This document shows positions 1-11,449 of a DNA stretch of 64,000 bases, piece after piece. Positions within the stretch are counted from its first letter, which is position 1; the number at the start of each line of letters is the position of its first letter. The translations under genes were made by a program, and so were the position numbers. The notes beneath the pieces were generated by a model that was given only the letters and a program-made list of their open reading frames with translations, was not told the origin of the DNA and did no database searches. The stretch is from Eledone cirrhosa (Eukaryota), in contig OZ024744.1 of the NCBI GenBank assembly GCA_964016885.1, positions 1,798,001-1,862,000 of the forward strand. Reading direction: 5' to 3'.

Positions 1-3000
1 ACCAAGCTATCTTTCTCTACCTTGTCTTCCCACAAAACTTCGTTCTTCACCAAGCTATCTTTCTCTACCTTGTCTTCCCACAAAACGTCGTTCTTCACCA
101 AGCTATCTTTCTCTACCTTGTCTTCCCTCAAAACTTCGTTCTTCACCAAGCTATGTTTCTCTACATTGTCTTCCCCAAAACTTCGTTCTTCACCAAGCTA
201 TCTTTCTCTACCTTGTCTTCCCCCAAAACTTCGTTCTTCACCAAGCTATCTTTCTCTACCTTGTCTTCCCCCAAAACTTCGTTCTTCACCAAGCTATCTT
301 TCTCTACCTTGTCTTCCCCCAAAACTTCGTTCTTCACCAAGCTATCTTTCTCTACCTTGTCTTCCCACAAAACTTCGTTCTTCACCAAGCTATCTTTCTC
401 TACCTTGTCTTCCCTCAAAACGTCGTTCTTCACCAAGCTATCTTTCTCTACCTTGTCTTCTCCCAAAACTTCGTTATTCACCAATCTATCTTTCTCTACC
501 TTGTCTTCCCTCAAACCTTCGTTCTTCACCAAGCTATCTTTCTCTACCTTGTCTTCCCCCAAAACTTCGTTCTTCACCAAGCTATCTTTCTCTACATTGT
601 CTTCCCCAAAACTTCGTTCTTCACCAAGCTATCTTTCTCTACCTTGTCTTCCCCCAAAACTTCATTGTTCACCAAGCTATCTTTCTCTACCTTGTCTTCC
701 CCCAAAACTTCGTTCTTCACCAAGCTATCTTTCTCTACCTTGTCTTCCCCCAAAACTTCGTTCTTCACCAAGCTATCTTTCTCTACCTCGTCTTCCCACA
801 AAACTTCATTCTTCACCAAGCTATCTTTCTCTACCTTGTCTTCCCACAAAACGTCGTTCTTCACCAAGCTATCTTTCTCTACCTTGTCTTCCCTCAAAAC
901 TTCGTTCTTCACCAAGCTATCTTTCTCTACCTTGTCTTCCCCCAAAACTTCGTTCTTCACCAAGCTATCTTTCTCTACCTTGTCTTCAATCAAAACTTCG
1001 TTCTTCACCAAGCTATCTTTCTCAACCTTGTCTTCTCCCAAAACTTCGTTCTTCACCAAGCTATCTTTCTCTACCTTGTCTTCCCTCAAAACTTCGTTCT
1101 TCACCAAGCTATCTTTCTCTACCTTGTCTTCCCACAAAACGTCATTCTTCACCAAGCTATCTTTCTCTACCTTGTCTTCCGTCAAACCTTCGTTCTTCAC
1201 CAAGCTATCTTTCTCTACCTTGTCTTCCCTCAAAACGTCGTTCTTCACCAAGCTATCTTTCTCTACCTTGTCCTCCCCCAAAACTTTGTTCTTCACCAAG
1301 CTATCTTTCTCTACCTTGTCTTCCCCCAAAACTTCGTTCTTCGCAAGCTATCTTTCTCTACCTTGTCTTCCGTCAAAACTTCGTTCTTCACCAAGATATC
1401 TTTCTCTACCTTGTCTTCCCACAAAACGTCGTTCTTCACCAAGCTATCTTTCTCTACCTTGTCTTCCCTCAGAACTTCGTTCTTCACCAAGCTATCTTTC
1501 TCTACCTTGTCTTCCCCCAAAACTTCGTTCTTCACCAAGCTATCTTTCTCTACATTGTCTTCCCCAAAACTTCGTTCTTCACCAAGCTATCTTTCTCTAC
1601 CTTGTCTTCCCTCAAAACGTCGTTCTTCACCAAGCTATCTTTCTCTACCTTGTCTTCCCCCAAAACTTCGTTCTTCACCAAGCTATCTTTCTCTACCTTG
1701 TCTACCCCCAAAACTTCGTTCTTCACCAAGTCATCTTTCTCTACCTTGTCATCCCACAAAACGTCGTTCTTCACCAAGCTATCTTTCTCTATTTTGTCTT
1801 CCCTCAAAAGGTCGTTCTTCACCAAGCTATCTTTCTCTACCTTGTCTTCCCTCAAAATTTCGTTCTTCACCAAGCTATCTTTCTCGACCTTGTCTTCTCC
1901 CAAAACTTCGTTATTCAGCAAGCTATCTTTCTCTACCTTGTCTTCCCTCAAAACTTCGTTCTTCACCAAGCTATCTTTCTCTACCTTGTCTTCCCCCAAA
2001 ACTTCGTTCTTCACCAAGCTATCTTTCTCTACCTTGTCTTCTCCCAAAACATCGTTATTCACCAAGCTATCTTTCTCTACCTTGTCTTCCCTCAAAACTT
2101 CGTTCTTCACCAAGCTATCTTTCTCTACCTTGTCTTCCCCCAAAACTTCGTTCGACACCAAGCTATCTTTCTCTACCTTGTCTTCCCCCAAAACTTCGTT
2201 CTTCACCAAGCTATCTTTCTCTACCTTGTCTTCCCCCAAAACTTCGTTCTTCACCAAGTCATCTTTCTCTACCTTGTCATCCCTCAAAACTTCGTTCTTC
2301 ACCAATCTATCTTTCTCTACCTTGTCTTACCCCAAAACTTCGTTCTTCACCAAGCTATCTTTCTCTAGCTTGTCTTCCCACAAAACGTCGTTCTTCACCA
2401 AGCTATCTTTCTCTACCTTGTCTTCCCTCAAAACGTCGTTCTTCACCAAGCTATCTTTCTCTACCTTGTCTTCCCTCAAAACATCGTTCTTCACCAAGCT
2501 ATCTTTCTCTACCTTGTCTTCTCCCAAAACTTCGTTATTCACCAAGCTATCTTTCTCTACCTTGTCTTCCCTCAAAACTTCGTTCTTCACCAAGCTATCT
2601 TTCTCTACTTTGTCTTCCCCCAAAACTTCGTTCTTCACCAAGCTATCTTTATCTACCTTGTCTTCCCCCAAAACTTCGTTCTTCACCAAGCTATCTTTCT
2701 CTACCTTGTATTCCCCAAAACTTCGTTCTTCACCAAGCTATCTTTCTCTACCTTGTCTTCCCCCAAAACTTCGTTGTTCACCAAGCTATCTTTCTCTACC
2801 TTGTCTTCTCCCAAAACTTCGTTCTTCACCAAGCTATCTTTCTCTACCTTGTCTTCCCCAAAACTTCGTTCTTCACCAAGCTATCTTTCTCTACCTTGTC
2901 TTCCCACAAAACTTCGTTCTTCACCAAGCTATCTTTCTCTACCTTGTCTTCCCACAAAACGTTGTTCTTCACCAAGCTATCTTTCTCTACCTTGTCTTCC

Positions 3001-6000
3001 CTCAAAACTTCGTTCTTCACCAAGCTATCTTTCTCTACATTGTCTTCCCCAAAACTTCGTTCTTCACCAAGCTATCTTTCTCTACCTTGTCTTCCCCCAA
3101 AACTTCGTTCTTCACCAAGCTATCTTTCTCTACCTTGTCTACCCCCAAAACTTCGTTCTTCACCAAGCTATCTTTCTCTACCTTGTCTTCCCCCAAAACT
3201 TCGTTCTTCACCAAGCTATCTTTCTCTACCTTGTCTTCCCACAAAACTTCGTTCTTCACCAAGCTATCTTTCTCTACCTTGTCTTCCCTCAAAACGTCGT
3301 TCTTCACCAAGCTATCTTTCTCTACCTTGTCTTCTCCCAAAACTTCGTTATTCACCAAGCTATCTTTCTCTACCTTGTCTTCCCTCAAACCTTCGTTCTT
3401 CACCAAGCTATCTTTCTCTACCTTGTCTTCCCCCAAAACTTCGTTCTTCACCAAGCTATCTTTCTCTACATTGTCTTCCCCAAAACTTCGTTCTTCACCA
3501 AGCTATCTTTCTCTACCTTGTCTTCCCCCAAAACTTCGTTCTTCACCAAGCTATCTTTCTCTACCTTGTCTTCCCTCAAAACGTCGTTCTTCACCAAGCT
3601 ATCTTTCTCTACCTTGTCTTCTCCCAAAACTTCGTTATTCACCAAGCTATCTTTCTCTACCTTGTCTTCCCTCAAAATTTCGTTCTTCACCAAGCTATCT
3701 TTCTCTACCTTGTCTTCTCCCAAAACTTCGTTATTCACCAAGCTATCTTTCTCTACCTTGTCTTCCCTCAAAACTTCGTTCTTCACCAAGCTATCTTTCT
3801 CTACCTTGTCTTCCCCCAAAACTTCGTTCTTCACCAAGCTATCTTTCTCTACCTTGTCTTCTCCCAAAACTTCGTTATTCACCAAGCTATCTTTCTCTAC
3901 CTTGTCTTCCCTCAAAACTTCGTTCTTCACCAAGCTATCTTTCTATACCTTGTCTTCCCCCAAAACTTCGTTCTTCACCAAGCTATCTTTCTCTACCTTG
4001 TCTTCCCCCAAAACTTCGTTCTTCACCAAGCTATCTTTCTCTACCTTGTCTTCCCCCAAAACTTCGTTCTTCACCAAGTCATCTTTCTCTACCTTGTCAT
4101 CCCTCAAAACTTCGTTCTTCACCAATCTATCTTTCTCTACCTTGTCTTCCCCCAAAACTTCGTTCTTCACCAAGCTATCTTTCTCTAGCTTGTCTTCCCA
4201 CAAAACGTCGTTCTTCACCAAGCTATCTTTCTCTACCTTGTCTTCCCTCAAAACGTCGTTCTTCACCAAGCTATCTTTCTCTACCTTGTTTTCCCTCAAA
4301 ACATCGTTCTTCACCAAGCTATCTTTCTCTACCTTGTCTTCTCCCAAAACTTCGTTATTCACCAAGCTATCTTTCTCTACCTTGTCTTCCCTCAAAACTT
4401 CGTTCTTCACCAAGCTATCTTTCTCTACTTTGTCTTCCCCCAAAACTTCGTTCTTCACCAAGCTATCTTTCTCTACCTTGTCTTCCCCCAAAACTTCGTT
4501 CTTCACCAAGCTATCTTTCTGTAGCTTGTCTTCACACAAATCTTCGTTCTTCACCAAGCTATCTTTCTCTACCTTGTCTTCCCACAAAACGTCATTCTTC
4601 ACCAAGCTATCTTTCTCTACCTTGTCTTCCGTCAAAACTTCGTTCTTCACCAAGATATCTTTCTCTACCTTGTCTTCTCCCAAAACTTCGTTCTTCACCA
4701 AGCTATCTTTCTCTACCTTGTCTTCCCTCAGAACTTCGTTCTTCAACAAGCTATCTTTCTCTACCTTGTCTTCCCCCCAAACTTCGTTCTTCACCAAGCT
4801 ATCTTTCTCTACATTGTCCTCCCCAAAACTTCGTTCTTCACCAAGCTATCTTTCTCTACCTTGTCTTCCCTCAAAACGTCGTTCTTCACCAAGCTATCCT
4901 TCTCTACCTTGTCTTCTCCCAAAACGTCGTTCTTCACCAAGCTATCTTTCTCTACATTGTCTTCCCCAAAACTTCGTTCTTCACCAAGCTATCTTTCTCT
5001 ACCTTGTCTTCCCCCAAAACTTCATTGTTCACCAAGCTATCTTTCTCTACCTTGTCTTCTCCCTAAACTTTGTTCTTCACCAAGCTATCTTTCTCTACAT
5101 TGTCTTCCCCAAAACTTCGTTCTTCACCAAGCTATCTTTCTCTACCTTGTCTTCCCCCAAAACTTCGTTGTTCACCAAGCTATCTTTCTCTACCTTGTCT
5201 TCCCCCAAAACTTCGTTCTTCACCAAGCTATCTTTCTCTACCTTGTCTTCCCTCAAAACTTCGTTCTTCACCAAGCTATCTTTCTCTACCTTGTCTTCCC
5301 ACAAAACTTCGTTCTTCACCAAGCTATCTTTCTCTACCTTGTCTTCCCACAAAACGTCGTTCTTCACCAAGCTATCTTTCTCTACATTGTCCTCCCCAAA
5401 ACTTCGTTCTTCACCAAGCTATCTTTCTCTACCTTGTCTTCCCTCAAAACGTCGTTCTTCACCAAGCTATCTTTCTCTACCTTGTCTTCTCCCAAAACTT
5501 CGTTATTCACCAAGCTATCTTTCTCTACCTTGTCTTCCCTCAAACCTTCGTTCTTCACCAAGCTATCTTTCTCTACCTTGTCTTCCCCCAAAACTTTGTT
5601 CTTCACCAAGCTATCTTTCTCTACATTGTCTTCCCCAAAACTTCGTTCTTCACCAAGCTATCTTTCTCTACCTTGTCTTCCCCCAACACTTCGTTGTTCA
5701 CCAAGCTATCTTTCTCTACCTTGTCTTCCCCCAAAACTTCGTTCTTCACCAAGCTATCTTTCTCTACCTTGTCTTCCCCAAAACTTCGTTCTTCACCAAG
5801 CTATCTTTCTCTACCTTGTCTTCCCTCAAAACTTCGTTCTTCACCAAGCTATCTTTCTCTACCTTGTCTTCCCACAAAACTTCGTTCTTCACCAAGCTAT
5901 CTTTCTCTACCTTGTCTTCCCCCAAAACTTCGTTCTTCACCAAGCTATCTTTCTCTACCTTGTCTTCCCACAAAACTTCGTTCTTCACCAAGCTATCTTT

Positions 6001-9000
6001 CTCTACCTTGTCTTCCCCCAAAACTTCGTTCTTCACCAAGCTATCTTTCTCTACCTTGTCTTCCCACAAAACTTCGTTCTTCACCAAGCTATCTTTCTCT
6101 ACCTTGTCTTCCCACAAAACTTCGTTCTTCACCAAGCTATCTTTCTCTACCTTGTCTTCCCCCAAAACTTCGTTCTTCACCAAGCTATCTTTCTCTACCT
6201 TGTCTTCCCACAAAACTTCGTTCTTCACCAAGCTATCTTTCTCTACCTTGTCTTCCCACAAAACGTCGTTCTTCACCAAGCTATCTTTCTCTACCTTGTC
6301 TTCCCTCAAAACTTCGTTCTTCACCAAGCTATGTATCTCTACATTGTCTTCCCCAAAACTTCGTTCTTCACCAAGCTATCTTTCTCTACCTTGTCTTCCC
6401 CCAAAACTTCGTTCTTCACCAAGCTATCTTTCTCTACCTTGTCTTCCCCCAAAACTTCGTTCTTCACCAAGCTATCTTTCTCTACCTTGTCTTCCCCCAA
6501 AACTTCGTTCTTCACCAAGCTATCTTTCTCTACCTTGTCTTCCCACAAAACTTCGTTCTTCACCAAGCTATCTTTCTCTACCTTGTCTTCCCTCAAAACG
6601 TCGTTCTTCACCAAGCTATCTTTCTCTACCTTGTCTTCTCCCAAAACTTCGTTATTCACCAATCTATCTTTCTCTACCTTGTCTTCCCTCAAACCTTCGT
6701 TCTTCACCAAGCTATCTTTCTCTACCTTGTCTTCCCCCAAAACTTCGTTCTTCACCAAGCTATCTTTCTCTACATTGTCTTCCCCAAAACTTCGTTCTTC
6801 ACCAAGCTATCTTTCTCTACCTTGTCTTCCCCCAAAACTTCATTGTTCACCAAGCTATCTTTCTCTACCTTGTCTTCCCCCAAAACTTCGTTCTTCACCA
6901 AGCTATCTTTCTCTACCTTGTCTTCCCCCAAAACTTCGTTCTTCACCAAGCTATCTTTCTCTACCTCGTCTTCCCACAAAACTTCATTCTTCACCAAGCT
7001 ATCTTTCTCTACCTTGTCTTCCCACAAAACGTCGTTCTTCACCAAGCTATCTTTCTCTACCTTGTCTTCCCTCAAAACTTCGTTCTTCACCAAGCTATCT
7101 TTCTCTACCTTGTCTTCCCCCAAAACTTCGTTCTTCACCAAGCTATCTTTCTCTACCTTGTCTTCAATCAAAACTTCGTTCTTCACCAAGCTATCTTTCT
7201 CAACCTTGTCTTCTCCCAAAACTTCGTTATTCACCAAGCTATCTTTCTCTACCTTGTCTTCCCTCAAAACTTCGTTCTTCACCAAGCTATCTTTCTCTAC
7301 CTTGTCTTCCCACAAAACGTCATTCTTCACCAAGCTATCTTTCTCTACCTTGTCTTCCGTCAAACCTTCGTTCTTCACCAAGCTATCTTTCTCTACCTTG
7401 TCTTCCCTCAAAACGTCGTTCTTCACCAAGCTATCTTTCTCTACCTTGTCCTCCCACAAAACTTTGTTCTTCACCAAGCTATCTTTCTCTACCTTGTCTT
7501 CCCCCAAAACTTCGTTCTTCGCAAGCTATCTTTCTCTACCTTGTCTTCCGTCAAAACTTCGTTCTTCACCAAGATATCTTTCTCTACCTTGTCTTCCCAC
7601 AAAACGTCGTTCTTCACCAAGCTATCTTTCTCTACCTTGTCTTCCCTCAGAACTTCGTTCTTCACCAAGCTATCTTTCTCTACCTTGTCTTCCCCCAAAA
7701 CTTCGTTCTTCACCAAGCTATCTTTCTCTACATTGTCTTCCCCAAAACTTCGTTCTTCACCAAGCTATCTTTCTCTACCTTGTCTTCCCTCAAAACGTCG
7801 TTCTTCACCAAGCTATCTTTCTCTACCTTGTCTTCCCCCAAAACTTCGTTCTTCACCAAGCTATCTTTCTCTACCTTGTCTACCCCCAAAACTTCGTTCT
7901 TCACCAAGTCATCTTTCTCTACCTTGTCATCCCACAAAACGTCGTTCTTCACCAAGCTATCTTTCTCTATTTTGTCTTCCCTCAAAAGGTCGTTCTTCAC
8001 CAAGCTATCTTTCTCTACCTTGTCTTCCCTCAAAATTTCGTTCTTCACCAAGCTATCTTTCTCGACCTTGTCTTCTCCCAAAACTTCGTTATTCAGCAAG
8101 CTATCTTTCTCTACCTTGTCTTCCCTCAAAACTTCGTTCTTCACCAAGCTATCTTTCTCTACCTTGTCTTCCCCCAAAACTTCGTTCTTCACCAAGCTAT
8201 CTTTCTCTACCTTGTCTTCTCCCAAAACATCGTTATTCACCAAGCTATCTTTCTCTACCTTGTCTTCCCTCAAAACTTCGTTCTTCACCAAGCTATCTTT
8301 CTCTACCTTGTCTTCCCCCAAAACTTCGTTCGACACCAAGCTATCTTTCTCTACCTTGTCTTCCCCCAAAACTTCGTTCTTCACCAAGCTATCTTTCTCT
8401 ACCTTGTCTTCCCCCAAAACTTCGTTCTTCACCAATTCATCTTTCTCTACCTTGTCATCCCTCAAAACTTCGTTCTTCACCAATCTATCTTTCTCTACCT
8501 TGTCTTACCCCAAAACTTCGTTCTTCACCAAGCTATCTTTCTCTAGCTTGTCTTCCCACAAAACGTCGTTCTTCACCAAGCTATCTTTCTCTACCTTGTC
8601 TTCCCTCAAAACGTCGTTCTTCACCAAGCTATCTTTCTCTACCTTGTCTTCCCTCAAAACATCGTTCTTCACCAAGCTATCTTTCTCTACCTTGTCTTCT
8701 CCCAAAACTTCGTTATTCACCAAGCTATCTTTCTCTACCTTGTCTTCCCTCAAAACTTCGTTCTTCACCAAGCTATCTTTCTCTACTTTGTCTTCCCCCA
8801 AAACTTCGTTCTTCACCAAGCTATCTTTATCTACCTTGTCTTCCCCCAAAACTTCGTTCTTCACCAAGCTATCTTTCTCTACCTTGTATTCCCCAAAACT
8901 TCGTTCTTCACCAAGCTATCTTTCTCTACCTTGTCTTCCCCCAAAACTTCGTTGTTCACCAAGCTATCTTTCTCTACCTTGTCTTCTCCCAAAACTTCGT

Positions 9001-10860
9001 TCTTCACCAAGCTATCTTTCTCTACCTTGTCTTCCCCAAAACTTCGTTCTTCACCAAGCTATCTTTCTCTACCTTGTCTTCCCCCAGAACTTCGTTCTTC
9101 ACCAAGCTATCTTTCTCTACCTTGTCTACCCCCAAAACTTCGTTCTTCACCAAGCTATCTTTCTCTACCTTGTCTTCCCCCAAAACTTCGTTCTTCACCA
9201 AGCTATCTTTCTCTACCTTGTCTTCCCACAAAACTTCGTTCTTCACCAAGCTATCTTTCTCTACCTTGTCTTCCCTCAAAACGTCGTTCTTCACCAAGCT
9301 ATCTTTCTCTACCTTGTCTTCTCCCAAAACTTCGTTATTCACCAAGCTATCTTTCTCTACCTTGTCTTCCCTCAAACCTTCGTTCTTCACCAAGCTATCT
9401 TTCTCTACCTTGTCTTCCCCCAAAACTTCGTTCTTCACCAAGCTATCTTTCTCTACATTGTCTTCCCCAAAACTTCGTTCTTCACCAAGCTATCTTTCTC
9501 TACCTTGTCTTCCCCCAAAACTTCGTTCTTCACCAAGCTATCTTTCTCTACCTTGTCTTCCCTCAAAACGTCGTTCTTCACCAAGCTATCTTTCTCTACC
9601 TTGTCTTCTCCCAAAACTTCGTTATTCACCAAGCTATCTTTCTCTACCTTGTCTTCCCTCAAAATTTCGTTCTTCACCAAGCTATCTTTCTCTACCTTGT
9701 CTTCTCCCAAAACTTCGTTATTCACCAAGCTATCTTTCTCTACCTTGTCTTCCCTCAAAACTTCGTTCTTCACCAAGCTATCTTTCTCTACCTTGTCTTC
9801 CCCCAAAACTTCGTTCTTCACCAAGCTATCTTTCTCTACCTTGTCTTCCCTCAAAACTTCGTTCTTCACCAAGCTATCTTTCTATACCTTGTCTTCCCCC
9901 AAAACTTCGTTCTTCACCAAGCTATCTTTCTCTACCTTGTCTTCCCCCAAAACTTCGTTCTTCACCAAGCTATCTTTCTCTACCTTGTCTTCCCCCAAAA
10001 CTTCGTTCTTCACCAAGTCATCTTTCTCTACCTTGTCATCCCTCAAAACTTCGTTCTTCACCAATCTATCTTTCTCTACCTTGTCTTCCCCCAAAACTTC
10101 GTTCTTCACCAAGCTATCTTTCTCTAGCTTGTCTTCCCACAAAACGTCGTTCTTCACCAAGCTATCTTTCTCTACCTTGTCTTCCCTCAAAACGTCGTTC
10201 TTCACCAAGCTATCTTTCTCTACCTTGTTTTCCCTCAAAACATCGTTCTTCACCAAGCTATCTTTCTCTACCTTGTCTTCTCCCAAAACTTCGTTATTCA
10301 CCAAGCTATCTTTCTCTACCTTGTCTTCCCTCAAAACTTCGTTCTTCACCAAGCTATCTTTCTCTACTTTGTCTTCCCCCAAAACTTCGTTCTTCACCAA
10401 GCTATCTTTCTCTACCTTGTCTTCCCCCAAAACTTCGTTCTTCACCAAGCTATCTTTCTGTAGCTTGTCTTCACACAAATCTTCGTTCTTCACCAAGCTA
10501 TCTTTCTCTACCTTGTCTTCCCACAAAACGTCATTCTTCACCAAGCTATCTTTCTCTACCTTGTCTTCCGTCAAAACTTCGTTCTTCACCAAGATATCTT
10601 TCTCTACCTTGTCTTCTCCCAAAACTTCGTTCTTCACCAAGCTATCTTTCTCTACCTTGTCTTCCCTCAGAACTTCGTTCTTCAACAAGCTATCTTTCTC
10701 TACCTTGTCTTCCCCCCAAACTTCGTTCTTCACCAAGCTATCTTTCTCTACATTGTCCTCCCCAAAACTTCGTTCTTCACCAAGCTATCTTTCTCTACCT
10801 TGTCTTCCCTCAAAACGTCGTTCTTCACCAAGCTATCCTTCTCTACCTTGTCTTCTCCCA
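1..10860. repeat. About 6.2-kb higher-order tandem duplication (about 1-4,920 copied at about 6,179-10,860)
   Basis: Rare variants recur at offset 6,178: TCAATCAAAA (~986/~7164), TTCTTCGCAAG (~1340/~7518), AAAAGGTCG (~1807/~7985), TTCGACACC (~2151/~8329), CTTTATCTAC (~2648/~8826). ORF-track pairs 161/6339, 592/6770, 1550/7728 agree. The offset falls to 5,987 and then 5,939 through whole-monomer differences. Confidence 0.9.
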
Positions 10861-11449
10861 AAACTTCGTTATTCACCAAGCTATCTTTCTCTACCTTGTC
10901 TTCCCCCAAAACTTCGTTCTTCACCAAGCTATCTTTCTCTACCTTGTCTTCCCCAAAACTTCGTTCTTCACCAAGCTATCTTTCTCTACCTTGTCTTCCC
11001 CCAAAACTTCGTTCTTCACCAAGCTATCTTTCTCTACCTTGTCTTCCCCCAAAACTTCGTTCTTCACCAAGCTATCTTTCTCGACCTTGTCTTCCCCCAA
11101 AACTTCGTTCTTCACCAAGCTATCTTTCTCTACCTTGTCTTCCCACAAAACTTCGTTCTTCACCAAGCTATCTTTCTCTACCTTGTCTTCCGTCAAAACC
11201 TCGTTCTTCACCAAGATATCTTTCTCTACCTTGTCTTCCCCCAAAACTTCATTGTTCACCAAGCTATCTTTCTCTACCTTGTCTTCCCACAAAACTTCGT
11301 TCTTCACCAAGCTATCTTTCTCTACCTTGTCTTCCCACAAAACGTCGTTCTTCACCAAGCTATCTTTCTCTACCTTGTCTTCCCTCTAATCTTCGTTCTT
11401 CACCAAGCTATCTTTCTCTACATTGTCTTCCCCAAAACTTCGTTCTTCA

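Noticed and set aside
38-54. CENP-B box-like motif (CTTCGTT...)
   Set aside because: Only the TTCG half matches. The required A and CGGG of TTCGNNNNANNCGGG are absent (the sequence reads TTCGTTCTTCACCAA).
161-190. C4/C5 length differences as sequencing errors hiding one continuous ORF
   Set aside because: The deletions are linked to specific SNPs and are reproduced at matching positions in duplicated blocks, so most are real alleles.
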